64,000 nt of DNA. Source: Prasinococcaceae sp. CCMP 1430 (taxonomy: Eukaryota; Plantae; Prasinodermophyta). A program made the position numbers and the translations under genes. The DNA lies in NCBI GenBank assembly GCA_013416795.1, contig RQSC01000029.1, positions 291,248 to 355,247 of the forward strand, in the 5' to 3' direction. The notes below the pieces were generated by a model that searched no databases, was not told the DNA's origin, and saw only the letters and a program-made list of their open reading frames with translations. Of the stretch, positions 8,949-18,643 are shown piece after piece (within the stretch, counting starts at the first letter, position 1; every line of letters starts with the position of its first letter).

Positions 8949-11861
8949 TCACGAGGCCACCACCTCAACTGCGGCCGACGGGGCCGCGACGGCGGGAGCT
9001 GCATCGGTCGCCTCGCCGTCGGCAGCGCCCGCCTCGGTCTCACCAGCCGCGCGGAGCGCGTGCTTGGCGCAGAGGTGCGCGAGCGCGCCTTGCCAGTCGT
9101 CCTCCCCGACGTCAGCGTCGCCTCCGACTGCCTTGACAGCCGCGGCGAGTTCGGCCGCAGCGGCTGCCGCCGCGATGCTCGACTCGAGCTCGACGTCACC
9201 AACGATGCCGAGAGGCGCGGCGTCGCCCGCGACGGCGAGCACAGCTGCGGCCGCATCCAGGGCGCGATCGAGCGCGGCGCCGCCGCGGCCGCTCTTGCCT
9301 GCATCATCGACTTCAGCGGCGGCAATCGCCGACGCGGCGGCTGTGCATAGCTCCTTCATTGCCTCGGCAGCCTCAGCCGGGTCGCTCACATCGCCAAGCG
9401 CGCAGTGCAGCGCGGTCTTGGCAGCCGCAACCGTCAGGTCGGCTGAGTCCTCGCCCTGCGAGAGCGCGGCGAGCGCGGCGCCGTGCACCGCTTGCCGGAG
9501 TTCGATCGCCACATCGGCGTCATCCAGCAGCTCGTCACGCGTAGCTTTCTGCTGCAAGAGCATCTCAACATAGCGCGCCGCGTCGCATGCCGAGAGCACG
9601 TCCACGCTCTTCCCATCCTCGGCGTCAGACGCCGCCTTCTTCGAGCGCTTGCCACCGCCCTTCTTGGCATGCTTTGTGCCGGCGACCTGGAGGGTCTCGG
9701 TGAGTGCGACGGCCAGGTCGCCCACACCGCCCCAAGAGCACGTCAACTCGAGAATGGCGAGCGCCTCGTCGCGCCACGCCGCGTCAGCGGCAGACGGCGT
9801 GCCCACCTCGGTCGCTTGCGACGAGCGCGCGGGGGCCGGCGTGGACAGCACTCGCCCACAAGCCTTCACGAGGGCTTGCTCTGCAGCGCTCGGCGGCAGC
9901 GCGGCGGCGGTGCGAAGTAGGGCCGCGCGCGACACGGGATCCGTGGCGTGCGGCAGTGCCTTGGCGAGCAGCGCTCCGTCCAGAGAGGATAGCGCGTCGC
10001 GGCAATGCCTACGCGCGGAGGACGCGAGCTCGGCGAGCGCCTCCATCGCGGGTGCGAAGAGCTCAACTGGGAGGCGCACGGAGTTGTCGCCCGCCTCGGC
10101 GGAGGCCTTGGCCTTCTTCTTGCCGCCCTTGGCCTTCTTGGCAGCCTGTTTGGACGCATCAGAGGGGGCATCGCTCGGGCCTTCGGCGAGCAACTCGGCG
10201 AGCAGCGAGAGCGCCTCGCCGACCGCCTCTGGCGTCGCGCCCTTTGCCGGTGCATACTTGCAGAAAGGGGCGGCCGCGGCGGCGTCGCTCTCGAGAAGCG
10301 AAACCAGCCTGAGGGCGGCCTCCGCGGGAGGCTTTGACGGAGGAAGGAACGACGGGACGAGCACTTCCGCGAGCGCCCCAGCGGCGGTGCGATCGGTCTC
10401 GCGCGCCATGCGCGCGAGCAGCTTCTCTGAGGCCACCACCTCCGACGACTTGATGGCACGCACGCCACGCACGGCCTTCAGCACCCCCGCGAAAGCGGCG
10501 CGCGCGCGCGCGTTCGAGTCGGTAAGGAGGTGAGCGCAGCGCGGCAGCGCCTTTTGAAGCACCGGCTGCGCCAGCGGCTGCTCGACGAGAAACGCCAGCC
10601 CCATGGCGACTGCCGCGCGCACGGGCCCGGACGACGCATCGCGCGCGAGCTCGTCGACGAGCGTGGCAAGCAGCGCGCCAGCCGTGGCAGCTGACATCAT
10701 CTCCCAGTAGGTGTCAAGGATGCGGCAGGTGCCTTCGACAGCCGCGACGCGCACGGCGGGGCACTCGTCCTTGAGCGCCTCACTCAGCGCGTTGAACTGC
10801 CGCTGCAGAAGCGCCTCGGCGTCCTCGTGCTTGGCGGAGGGGTCCTGCAGAGGGAAGGCCTCCGCGAGCGCGTGCACGGCGTTGCGACGCACCGCAGCGT
10901 TGGCGGCTGTGAGCGACTTGAAAAGAATGGGCTCCCAGAGCCTGGCCATGAGGGCCTCGACGTCGCGCAGCTTCTTCTTGGAGTGAAAGGCCGACAGCAC
11001 GCGCCGCAGTGACGTCGCCAGCGAGGGCGTGCGCGCATGCAGGCACGCGCGCATGAGATCCTGCACGCGGTTCTCCAGCGCCTTGAGCGACGGTCCGGAG
11101 GCGCCCTTCCACGCGCGGAAGAGGACGTCGCTGTACGCGTCCAGCAGCGACTTGCGGCCGCAGAGGATGTTGTTGCGCACGACCTGCAACAGTTCGTCAA
11201 CCAGCCCGCTGTCCAGGTGGAGCAGCCCCGAAAGGAAGCGGCGCCCGTCCGGCGAGCGCAGGAAGCCGGGCGCGAACATGGTGAGCTGGAGGAGGTGCCT
11301 AATGGTCGCCGTGCTGGGATCCGCGAAGTCAAAGAGTGCGAGCGCGTCGCGCATCGCGTAGCAGCGCTTGACGTCTGCCGCGCGGCCGACGTCGATCGCG
11401 CGGCCGATGACGTACACCACGGTCTGCGGCACGAGCTCATCGCGCCCCGCCGTGCCGTTCGCCCACCACGCCTCGCAGAGCGACGAGATGGCCTCCTGCA
11501 CTTCGGGCGCCCTCTCCAGGGAGGTCAGCAGGTTGTCGTGCAGCTCCTGTGCGAGCGCGAAGAGCGTCGGGCCGGGCGGTGAGGCCTCTGTCGAGCAGTC
11601 GTAGCCGACCTGCGCCACCAGGGCGCAGAGCAAGAGCTCGTCACGCGCGCGCTTCCCCTCGGCGCTGGGCTCGCCGCCGGCTTCACCCTCGCGCATCTCC
11701 GTGCGCATGTCCGCCGCGGCGCTCTCGGCGCGCGGCGCCAGGGCTGCGTACAGCTCCGCCGCGGCCGCGGACTGCGCCTTTGCGGCCTTTGCAGCCGCTG
11801 CGGCTTTGCGCGTAGCCATCGCCTCGCTCTCCGCCGCGAGCAGCTCCTCGAGCGCGCCCAT
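8949..11861 (-). CDS. NCAPG2: Condensin II non-SMC subunit CAP-G2, single exon
   Basis: HEAT-like protein with FLRSPDGRRFL, LWEPILFKSLTAANAAVRRNA and AFPLQDP motifs typical of CAP-G2. The start is placed at MGALEELL (11861). Confidence 0.85.
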   Translation of the reverse strand: MGALEELLAAESEAMATRKAAAAAKAAKAQSAAAAELYAALAPRAESAAADMRTEMREGEAGGEPSAEGKRARDELLLCALVAQVGYDCSTEASPPGPTLFALAQELHDNLLTSLERAPEVQEAISSLCEAWWANGTAGRDELVPQTVVYVIGRAIDVGRAADVKRCYAMRDALALFDFADPSTATIRHLLQLTMFAPGFLRSPDGRRFLSGLLHLDSGLVDELLQVVRNNILCGRKSLLDAYSDVLFRAWKGASGPSLKALENRVQDLMRACLHARTPSLATSLRRVLSAFHSKKKLRDVEALMARLWEPILFKSLTAANAAVRRNAVHALAEAFPLQDPSAKHEDAEALLQRQFNALSEALKDECPAVRVAAVEGTCRILDTYWEMMSAATAGALLATLVDELARDASSGPVRAAVAMGLAFLVEQPLAQPVLQKALPRCAHLLTDSNARARAAFAGVLKAVRGVRAIKSSEVVASEKLLARMARETDRTAAGALAEVLVPSFLPPSKPPAEAALRLVSLLESDAAAAAPFCKYAPAKGATPEAVGEALSLLAELLAEGPSDAPSDASKQAAKKAKGGKKKAKASAEAGDNSVRLPVELFAPAMEALAELASSARRHCRDALSSLDGALLAKALPHATDPVSRAALLRTAAALPPSAAEQALVKACGRVLSTPAPARSSQATEVGTPSAADAAWRDEALAILELTCSWGGVGDLAVALTETLQVAGTKHAKKGGGKRSKKAASDAEDGKSVDVLSACDAARYVEMLLQQKATRDELLDDADVAIELRQAVHGAALAALSQGEDSADLTVAAAKTALHCALGDVSDPAEAAEAMKELCTAAASAIAAAEVDDAGKSGRGGAALDRALDAAAAVLAVAGDAAPLGIVGDVELESSIAAAAAAAELAAAVKAVGGDADVGEDDWQGALAHLCAKHALRAAGETEAGAADGEATDAAPAVAAPSAAVEVVAS

Positions 11862-12672
11862 CGCCGCGCGCGTGCCCGTCGAGGCGCGCAGACAGGGAAC
11901 GGCGAGAGGCCGCCGCTCGACCCTGTCCCTCCCCTCCGCCGCCGGCGGAGCGAAGGAGTGCCCCACGCGCCGAGAGCCTCCCGTGTGGCGCTCCTCCCCC
12001 ACGCCCCTCACACATTGCCCGGCCGGGACCCGCTGGCCGGCCCGCCCGCCCGCAGAGCGCCCGCAGAGCGCACGCGCGCGCGGCGTCGATTTGAATTTAT
12101 CGCGGAATCGCGCTCAAAATGTGCGCATACGAAAGCACTTGCCATCACAAAACACGCGTCCTCAAAACATACGGATCTTGAAAACGCAGCGGCAGCCGCG
12201 CGAAGCGAAACCAACGGGCCGGCCACGCTTCTGCGCGCACAAAAAAAAAAAAGCAACAGAAAAGGAGGGTGATGAAAATTTAACAAACCCTGAAATAATA
12301 CGTACTTAAATCTGCCGCGAGGAAACCTCGCGTTGAAACCTCAACCCAACCAGGCCTCGCGCTGCCGGACTCGCGGACTGGCGGTCAAAGTAGTTTAACC
12401 GCAGGTTTAAAAGATGTATAGTGGGCTGCATGGGAGAAGTTTGCGGGGATGAAATATGTTCCCCGAGCCCGCGCGGGCCCGCGCGGGCTGGCTGACCGCC
12501 GCGGTGCTGCTCCCCCGCCTCTGTGCCGTGGCCGGCTGCCCTCCTCTATGCACGCGCTCGCACAGCCCCCCTCGGCTGCTGCCGCCGGACCGCCGGCCAG
12601 ACCGCGCGCGCACGGCGCGCGGCCCCGGCTCGGCCAACGCGGCGCGGCGGCGAGGCGAGGCGTGGCGTGGGC

Positions 12673-15600
12673 ATGTCCGCTGGCGGTGCTGGCGGAGGCG
12701 GCGAGGGGCGTGGGCTCGCACAGCCGGGCGCGGCGTCCGACGGCGTGAGGCAGGAGGACGACAGTGGTGAGGGGGGGGCTGAAGCGCGACCGCATCAGCA
12801 GGATAGTCAGGCTCAGGCGCAGTCGCGGTCGCAGCCGCAGCCGCGGACGGGCACGCAGCCGCAGACGGGCACGCAGCCGCGACCGCAAGACCATGAACAC
12901 GGGCCGCAGGACCAGCTGCAACCACTCCCAGGGGTGGACGGGGGTGAGGAGGGTGAGCGACGCGAGGTGGACGCGCGGGGTGGGGGCGATGTGGAAAGAA
13001 GCGCGTCGGACGTGTCGCCGCTGCGCGCAGACCCTGGATCCAGTCCAAGTGCAGGGGCGGATGCTCAGCCTCCGCCTCCTGATGGCGACATGAATGCTCT
13101 CGTCGAGTCGCTGCGTGTGCCTTGCGGCGACGCGCGCGTACTGCGCGACGAGGCGCGGCGGCTGGCGGTAGTCGCAGCCGGCGCCGCCACCGAGCACAGA
13201 GGCGAGGGGGGTGGCAGGGACGCGTCCGCATCGGCCTTGGACACAGTCTTTGAGCTGCTCGTCCGCAATCGTCTGATGGATGTCGATGGATGGGAGCACT
13301 CGCTGTCCGCGTCGCATCGCCTCCACGCGCTCCAGTGCGTGCGGCTGCTGCTGCGCGGCGCGCGCGCACAGTCGTACTGTGCGGCGATGGCCAGTGCAGG
13401 TGCTGTCGGGCGCGTGGGCGAGCAGCTCGCACACCTCGCGCGCGACGTCCTCTGGGCGGCGCAGCCGCGCGGCATTCGCTCCGAGCCTCTGGCACGCGAG
13501 ATGATGCATGAGTACGCGTCGGTGGTGAAGAAACTCGCGCTCGTGGGTGGCAGCGAGTGTCGGCGGTTGCTGCTGAGCGGCGGCGTCCACGAGACTCTCG
13601 TTGCCCTGCTGCGCACAAACGATGGCGTGCTGCTGCCATCGGCGCTGGTCGCGCTAATCGCACTCGCCGCGAATCCATCCGCGGACGGCGCCGGCGATGG
13701 CGCTGGCGGCGATGGCGCGCAAGCCCCGGGCGAGGCTGCCGAGGGCAACGAAGATGACCATAAGACGCGCACAGGTGCTGCTGTCCTCGTCGAGGTGGAC
13801 TGTCTGGCAGCAACACTTTCGCTCATTCGTGCGCGTGGTGCGGCGGGCGTCGGGCCATTTGAACAACTCGCAGCCGAGCTCCTGTTACATCTGTGCCGCG
13901 AGCCGCGCGCGCACGAGGATTTCTTGCAGGGCGGGGGCACGGCTATTGTAGTGGGTGCATTACAGGCAGCCGTGAAGACAGCGGAGGCGGTGCACACGGC
14001 ACGCGCAGCAGCAGATAGCGACGGCTCGCGCGCGCACGGCGAGGGCAAAAGCAGAGACAACGCGCGCGCAACCGCTAAAGCGCAGACGACGAACGGCCAG
14101 CGACCGCGTTCCCGGGGGCGGCGCTTCTCAATGTCGGACGTGGAGGCCATCAACTCGCTCTTAGCGACGCTGCTGCGCCTAATCGACGCGCTGGCTGCCG
14201 AGGCGCGCTGCGCGACGAGTCTCGTCAAGGCGGGTGCCGTGCGGGTGCTCGCGAGCATGCTCTCGACCGCAGCATCGCGGCGTGCGGCACTACCTGACGC
14301 GCTCACGCGCCGCACTTGCTGCTCGGCGCTCGCACGTCTGAGCGTAGACGATGAGGGCGCACTGTCCATCGGGAGGGAAAACGGTGTGTACTCGCTCGCC
14401 AGCCTGCTCCTCGAACACGCCAGAGACGGCGCAGTGGGAACGCCGAGCGACGAGGACTCCGTTGCGCCGCACGTCTTTCGCGCGCTACGCTTCGTCTTTG
14501 GGTCGGGCCGCAACCGGCCGGCGTTCAAGCGCCTCTTCCCACCTGAGCTCTTCGCCGCCTTTATCGATGTCGGCCACTATCAGTGGGCGCTCGGGGCGTA
14601 TGTGGTCCTCGCCAGGATGCTTGCAGCGCTCACGGCCCAGCAGCTCGCGGGCGTGGCATCTGGCATTCAGGAGCTCGCTGGGCAGGGCGACCACGGCGAT
14701 GCTGATGAAGGAGGAGGGCGCGACTCCACGGCCGAGGGTGGCGGGGGGAAGACTGGCCGTGGCAGGGACGTGCAAGGCCGGGGTAGCCGCGGCGCTCGCG
14801 TAGTGCGCGGCTACGAAATCCACGAAGTGATTGGCACGGGAGCTTTCGGCGCCGTACATCGCGCGCGGCGCTTCGCGGGCGGCGCTGCAGCGACCGCTGC
14901 CACAGCCGATGCCGACGGTGGCAAGCGGGCGCGCTCACAGTGGGCGGCACTCAAGGTGCTGCCCATGGACAGCACCACGCACTTTGGAGCCACCGCGCCC
15001 GAGCGCGAAGCCAGCTCGCGCGGCATGCTGTCCGAAGTGGCCATCCTCTCCGAACTCGACCATCCGAACATCGTGGCCTTCTACGACTCGTTCGTGGAAG
15101 AGCAGGAGCTCTTTATTGCGATGGAGCTCGTCGATGGCGCCTCCCTCGCGGACTGGCTCACCAGTCTTAAGGAGAAGGGCCAAACGCTTGAAGAGGACGC
15201 CGTCTGGGACATCTTGCTGCAGCTGATGGGTGCGCTGCACTACTTGCATGCCGAACGGCGCATTGTGCACCGCGATCTGTCGACGGCCAACGTGCTAGTT
15301 GAGGCACGCTCGCGGCAAGTGAAGCTTACAGACTTCGGGCTCGCGAGAGTCCGCCGCAAGCAGAACGACCGAGAGTTCTCCGTCATGCAGTCGGTCGTGG
15401 GCACCATGGCGTATTCATGCCCAGAGATCATACAGCACATGCCGTACACAGACAAGGCCGATGTGTGGAGCCTCGGGTGCATACTGTATCAGCTCATGGC
15501 GCTCAGGCCGCCCTTCGAGTGCACCAATCCGCTTGCTTTGGCCATGCGCATTGTCGAGATGGAGTACGACCCCCCGCCTGAGAGATTCAGCCCGGAACTA

Positions 15601-16488
15601 CGGCAGGTGGTCAAGTCGCTGCTGACCGCAGACCCGGACCAACCTCCGAACATTGCGGGCATCTCGGCGCTACCGGGCGTGGCCGAGAGGCTCATGCAGC
15701 GGCTCAGCGCGGCGGAGCGCGAGGCAGTGCGCCTGCGCAATGCGCTCGAGCAGGAAAGTGGGGCGCGCCGGCGGCAGTCGCATATCACCGCAGCCGCTGA
15801 GGCGCGCCGGCGGCTCTCGCTTACTCGCAGCGGTGCGCACGTGGCGCGAAACAACAACAGCGCGTCCGGCGGGGTGCCCACCAGCGGGGATGGCGCCCGC
15901 TCATCTTCCACAGCGCGGCGCACACTGCCGCCTCTTGACCACGCCAGTGGCCCAGACGCGAGCACGGGCGGGGGCATGAGCTCTTCGAGTGGGGAACACC
16001 CAAGGCGGCCGGCCGAGCGTGGCAGGCTTGACGGTGGCAGGCTTGACGGGATGCTGCAGCCCAGGCGCATGCTCGGAGCCTCCGCCCCGATTCGATGGGG
16101 CAGGCGCTCTTTGGAACTTTCCACGCGCGCCGGTGGAGGCTTCGGCCCTGCAGCCATGGTGACGATTCAGCGGCGCAAGCTGCGCCCGCTCGCGGACCCT
16201 ACCGCGCAGCTGCTTGCGACGATGCACAAGCTTCTGCACGTGCAGCAGCTACCGCCACTCCCGGGCAAGCAGCCGCGCCGGCGGCTTGTGGAGCGCTTCG
16301 TGGCGCACCTCTCGCGGCCGGAGACAAGCGCGGGGCAGCTCAAGGCCGAGTTGGCCAACCTAGCGGCGCGTTCGAGAGATGCACTCGACATTGTCGGCGC
16401 AGGCGAGGGCGACCACACCACGTACGAGGAGCTCGCCGCTGCGGTGGAGGCAGAACTGAGACGGGCGGCATTCTACACGAATAGATAA
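12673..16488 (+). CDS. NEK10: NEK10-like kinase (armadillo repeats, NIMA-type kinase, conserved C-terminal domain), single exon
   Basis: FKRLFPPELFAAFIDVGHY, HRDL, DFGLA and SVVGTMAYSCPE motifs, plus C-terminal DPTAQLLATMHKLLHVQQLPP...RRRLVERF, all recalled NEK10 signatures. Confidence 0.85.
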   Translation: MSAGGAGGGGEGRGLAQPGAASDGVRQEDDSGEGGAEARPHQQDSQAQAQSRSQPQPRTGTQPQTGTQPRPQDHEHGPQDQLQPLPGVDGGEEGERREVDARGGGDVERSASDVSPLRADPGSSPSAGADAQPPPPDGDMNALVESLRVPCGDARVLRDEARRLAVVAAGAATEHRGEGGGRDASASALDTVFELLVRNRLMDVDGWEHSLSASHRLHALQCVRLLLRGARAQSYCAAMASAGAVGRVGEQLAHLARDVLWAAQPRGIRSEPLAREMMHEYASVVKKLALVGGSECRRLLLSGGVHETLVALLRTNDGVLLPSALVALIALAANPSADGAGDGAGGDGAQAPGEAAEGNEDDHKTRTGAAVLVEVDCLAATLSLIRARGAAGVGPFEQLAAELLLHLCREPRAHEDFLQGGGTAIVVGALQAAVKTAEAVHTARAAADSDGSRAHGEGKSRDNARATAKAQTTNGQRPRSRGRRFSMSDVEAINSLLATLLRLIDALAAEARCATSLVKAGAVRVLASMLSTAASRRAALPDALTRRTCCSALARLSVDDEGALSIGRENGVYSLASLLLEHARDGAVGTPSDEDSVAPHVFRALRFVFGSGRNRPAFKRLFPPELFAAFIDVGHYQWALGAYVVLARMLAALTAQQLAGVASGIQELAGQGDHGDADEGGGRDSTAEGGGGKTGRGRDVQGRGSRGARVVRGYEIHEVIGTGAFGAVHRARRFAGGAAATAATADADGGKRARSQWAALKVLPMDSTTHFGATAPEREASSRGMLSEVAILSELDHPNIVAFYDSFVEEQELFIAMELVDGASLADWLTSLKEKGQTLEEDAVWDILLQLMGALHYLHAERRIVHRDLSTANVLVEARSRQVKLTDFGLARVRRKQNDREFSVMQSVVGTMAYSCPEIIQHMPYTDKADVWSLGCILYQLMALRPPFECTNPLALAMRIVEMEYDPPPERFSPELRQVVKSLLTADPDQPPNIAGISALPGVAERLMQRLSAAEREAVRLRNALEQESGARRRQSHITAAAEARRRLSLTRSGAHVARNNNSASGGVPTSGDGARSSSTARRTLPPLDHASGPDASTGGGMSSSSGEHPRRPAERGRLDGGRLDGMLQPRRMLGASAPIRWGRRSLELSTRAGGGFGPAAMVTIQRRKLRPLADPTAQLLATMHKLLHVQQLPPLPGKQPRRRLVERFVAHLSRPETSAGQLKAELANLAARSRDALDIVGAGEGDHTTYEELAAAVEAELRRAAFYTNR

Positions 16489-16612
16489 TAGAGTGGGGCG
16501 CGCGCGCGCGCGCGCAGGCGAGGATGCGCGCATGCAAAGCGACTCGCTCATACTAATATGATTAATCGCATACCGATGCGAGCACGCACGCTCTCTCGCG
16601 CGCACGAGCGCA

Positions 16613-17828
16613 TCAGAGCTCGACCTCGCCCTCTCCGTACCGCTCCATGAAGCTGGCGAAGCTGGCGTGCTTGGGGGTCCAGCTGAGCATCTGCCGCGTC
16701 CGCGGGTTTTCCATGCGGCGTCCCATGGGCCCCTGCCCCTCGGTGGTGAAGCGCACGCCGCCCTCTGGGGCCAGCTCGCCAAAGCGCCCCGAGGAGATTG
16801 TTGCGTCGACAACGTCTTCTTTGGATACTGGGCTACCGTCGACGCCCATGTATCTTCGGCAGCGCCCGCCGTTTAGCAGCACCTCGACGACGAGGTCTGC
16901 GGCGTCGTCGTAATGGATCAGGTTGAGCATCGCGTCGCCACGCCCGCGCACCTCCCCGGCCTTGAGGTAGTACATGTGTGCGCCGCGCGTGGCATGGTAG
17001 AGACCCGCAAGTCTCACCACGCACCCGCCGTGGTCGACGCAGGCGTCCTCCGCGCGCAGCAGGCGGTCGGAGCGCTCCGAGGCGCCCAGTGGCAGCGCGG
17101 GCGTGTCCTCCGTGCAGAGCGCACCGTCCTCACCATAGTACACTGCGCTGCTGCTCGTGAAGACGCAACCGCCCGACTTCTCCCACAGCTGGCAAGCATC
17201 GTACACGCTCTGCGCGTAGTCCTCGCCTGCCGCCGCCGCGCCTGAGGGCGGCGCGCAGTACACCACGTACGGGAAGCGCTCCACGCGCGCCTGCGCCTCC
17301 AGCAACGCCGACACACCACCGTCGAGGTCGCCCTCGGGGATCGACGTGGCGGCAGGGCCGCCGTCGTCACCGTCGCCACCGCTGAGCTCGCCAGCACCGA
17401 AGTCGACGCCCCCAACGGCGCCCACTCCCCCCACGCCAAGGCCACCCACGGCTGCGGGCGCATCTGCCCTGGCGTCGAAGCCCTCGCCCTCGCCCGCCTC
17501 GCCCGCCTCGCCAGGCGCCCCAACGCGCAACTCGAGCCCTTCGATTCCCATCGCGCGCAGCTTGTCATGGTTGTTGGCCGTGCGTGTCTGTGCGACGACG
17601 CGCGCGCCGGGGAAGCGGTTCGCCCAGCGGCTGGCGACGCGCGCGCCCAGCTCGCCCGGCCCCACGATGAGGATGTCCTTGCACCGGCTGAGTCCCTCGT
17701 AGTCGCCGGCGTCCGCGAAATCGTCATCGAACGGAGGAGGAAGCGTGCCGAGGTCAACTGCCTCGCCAGCGCCTGCGAAACTCGCCTCGGGCGCGCCGAC
17801 TGAGCGCGCGTGTTGAAAAAGGGGGGAG

Positions 17829-17862
<34 letters not shown>

Positions 17863-18094
17863 GGGGGGGGGGGGGGGGGGTCAGCGAGGGTGGCGCATCG
17901 CGCGTTCGATCGCACGTGCCATGCGCAGGCAAGGGTGCGGCCACGCACGGGCGGGCGTGCTTTCGTGGACGTGAGAGCGCGAGCGGGCGTGCGTCGAAGA
18001 GACGCGGCATCGCACCTGCCCCCTGCTGCGACGGCGGTCCTGCGGGCCCGTTGGGTGGCCGCGCACGCCCCGGCGGCGGCACGGCGCCTGGCAT
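16613..18094 (-). CDS. Atypical SDR / NAD(P)-binding Rossmann protein (YeeZ-like, plant plastid family); 5' end uncertain, intron 18015-17800
   Basis: ILIVGPGELG dinucleotide-binding motif, YVVYCAPPS, FTSSSAVY, VVRLAGLY and LNLIHYDDAA. The phase-1 intron GTGCGA...CTCAG contains a CTGAC branch point. Confidence 0.8.
17830..17880. repeat. C31 run directly followed by G20 run (loop-less inverted homopolymer) inside an intron
   Basis: Read directly from the sequence. Confidence 0.9.
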
Positions 18095-18447
18095 CGGCGG
18101 GGGCGGCTTCCCGGCCGCGCCTGCGTGGGCATGGTCGTCGTCCTTCACCTTCCCCTGCCGCACCCGCCCCCTACCCCACACTCCCTGCCCCGCCCGCGGC
18201 GCGACGCGCTGTGGCGACCCACGCCAACCCGCGCGCGCCGCACACGCCGGGGGATTTGGTGCGTTTTGATATGCGTTTTGGTGCTCGCCAGTGGGTTTGC
18301 ATGAGCCTTGGGTTCTGGATAAGATGGTGAAGGTCGAGGCCGTTGGCGCGTGGGGCGCCGGCCTCGCCGCGCTTCGCGTCGAGCTCGGCGCGACGAGCTG
18401 GGCGCGCTGTTCGCGCGCGGGGGGGGGGGGGGGGGGGGGGGGGGGGG

Positions 18448-18465
18448 NNNNNNNNNNNNNNNNNN
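18448..18465. other. Assembly gap flanked by poly-G
   Basis: N-run between G tracts. Confidence 0.99.
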
Positions 18466-18643
18466 GGGGGGGGGGGTTGTCGCGAGACTCAAGGATGGCG
18501 AACGCTCGCCCGCGCGCTCGCTTGCTCACTCGCTCGGAGTCCTCACTACTGCAAAGAGATATTTATGTTTTCAATCATGCACCCACCGCGTGGGGTGGGT
18601 GCCGTGTTTTTGGGGCTCGCAGACTCATCACGTCTGGTGCGCC

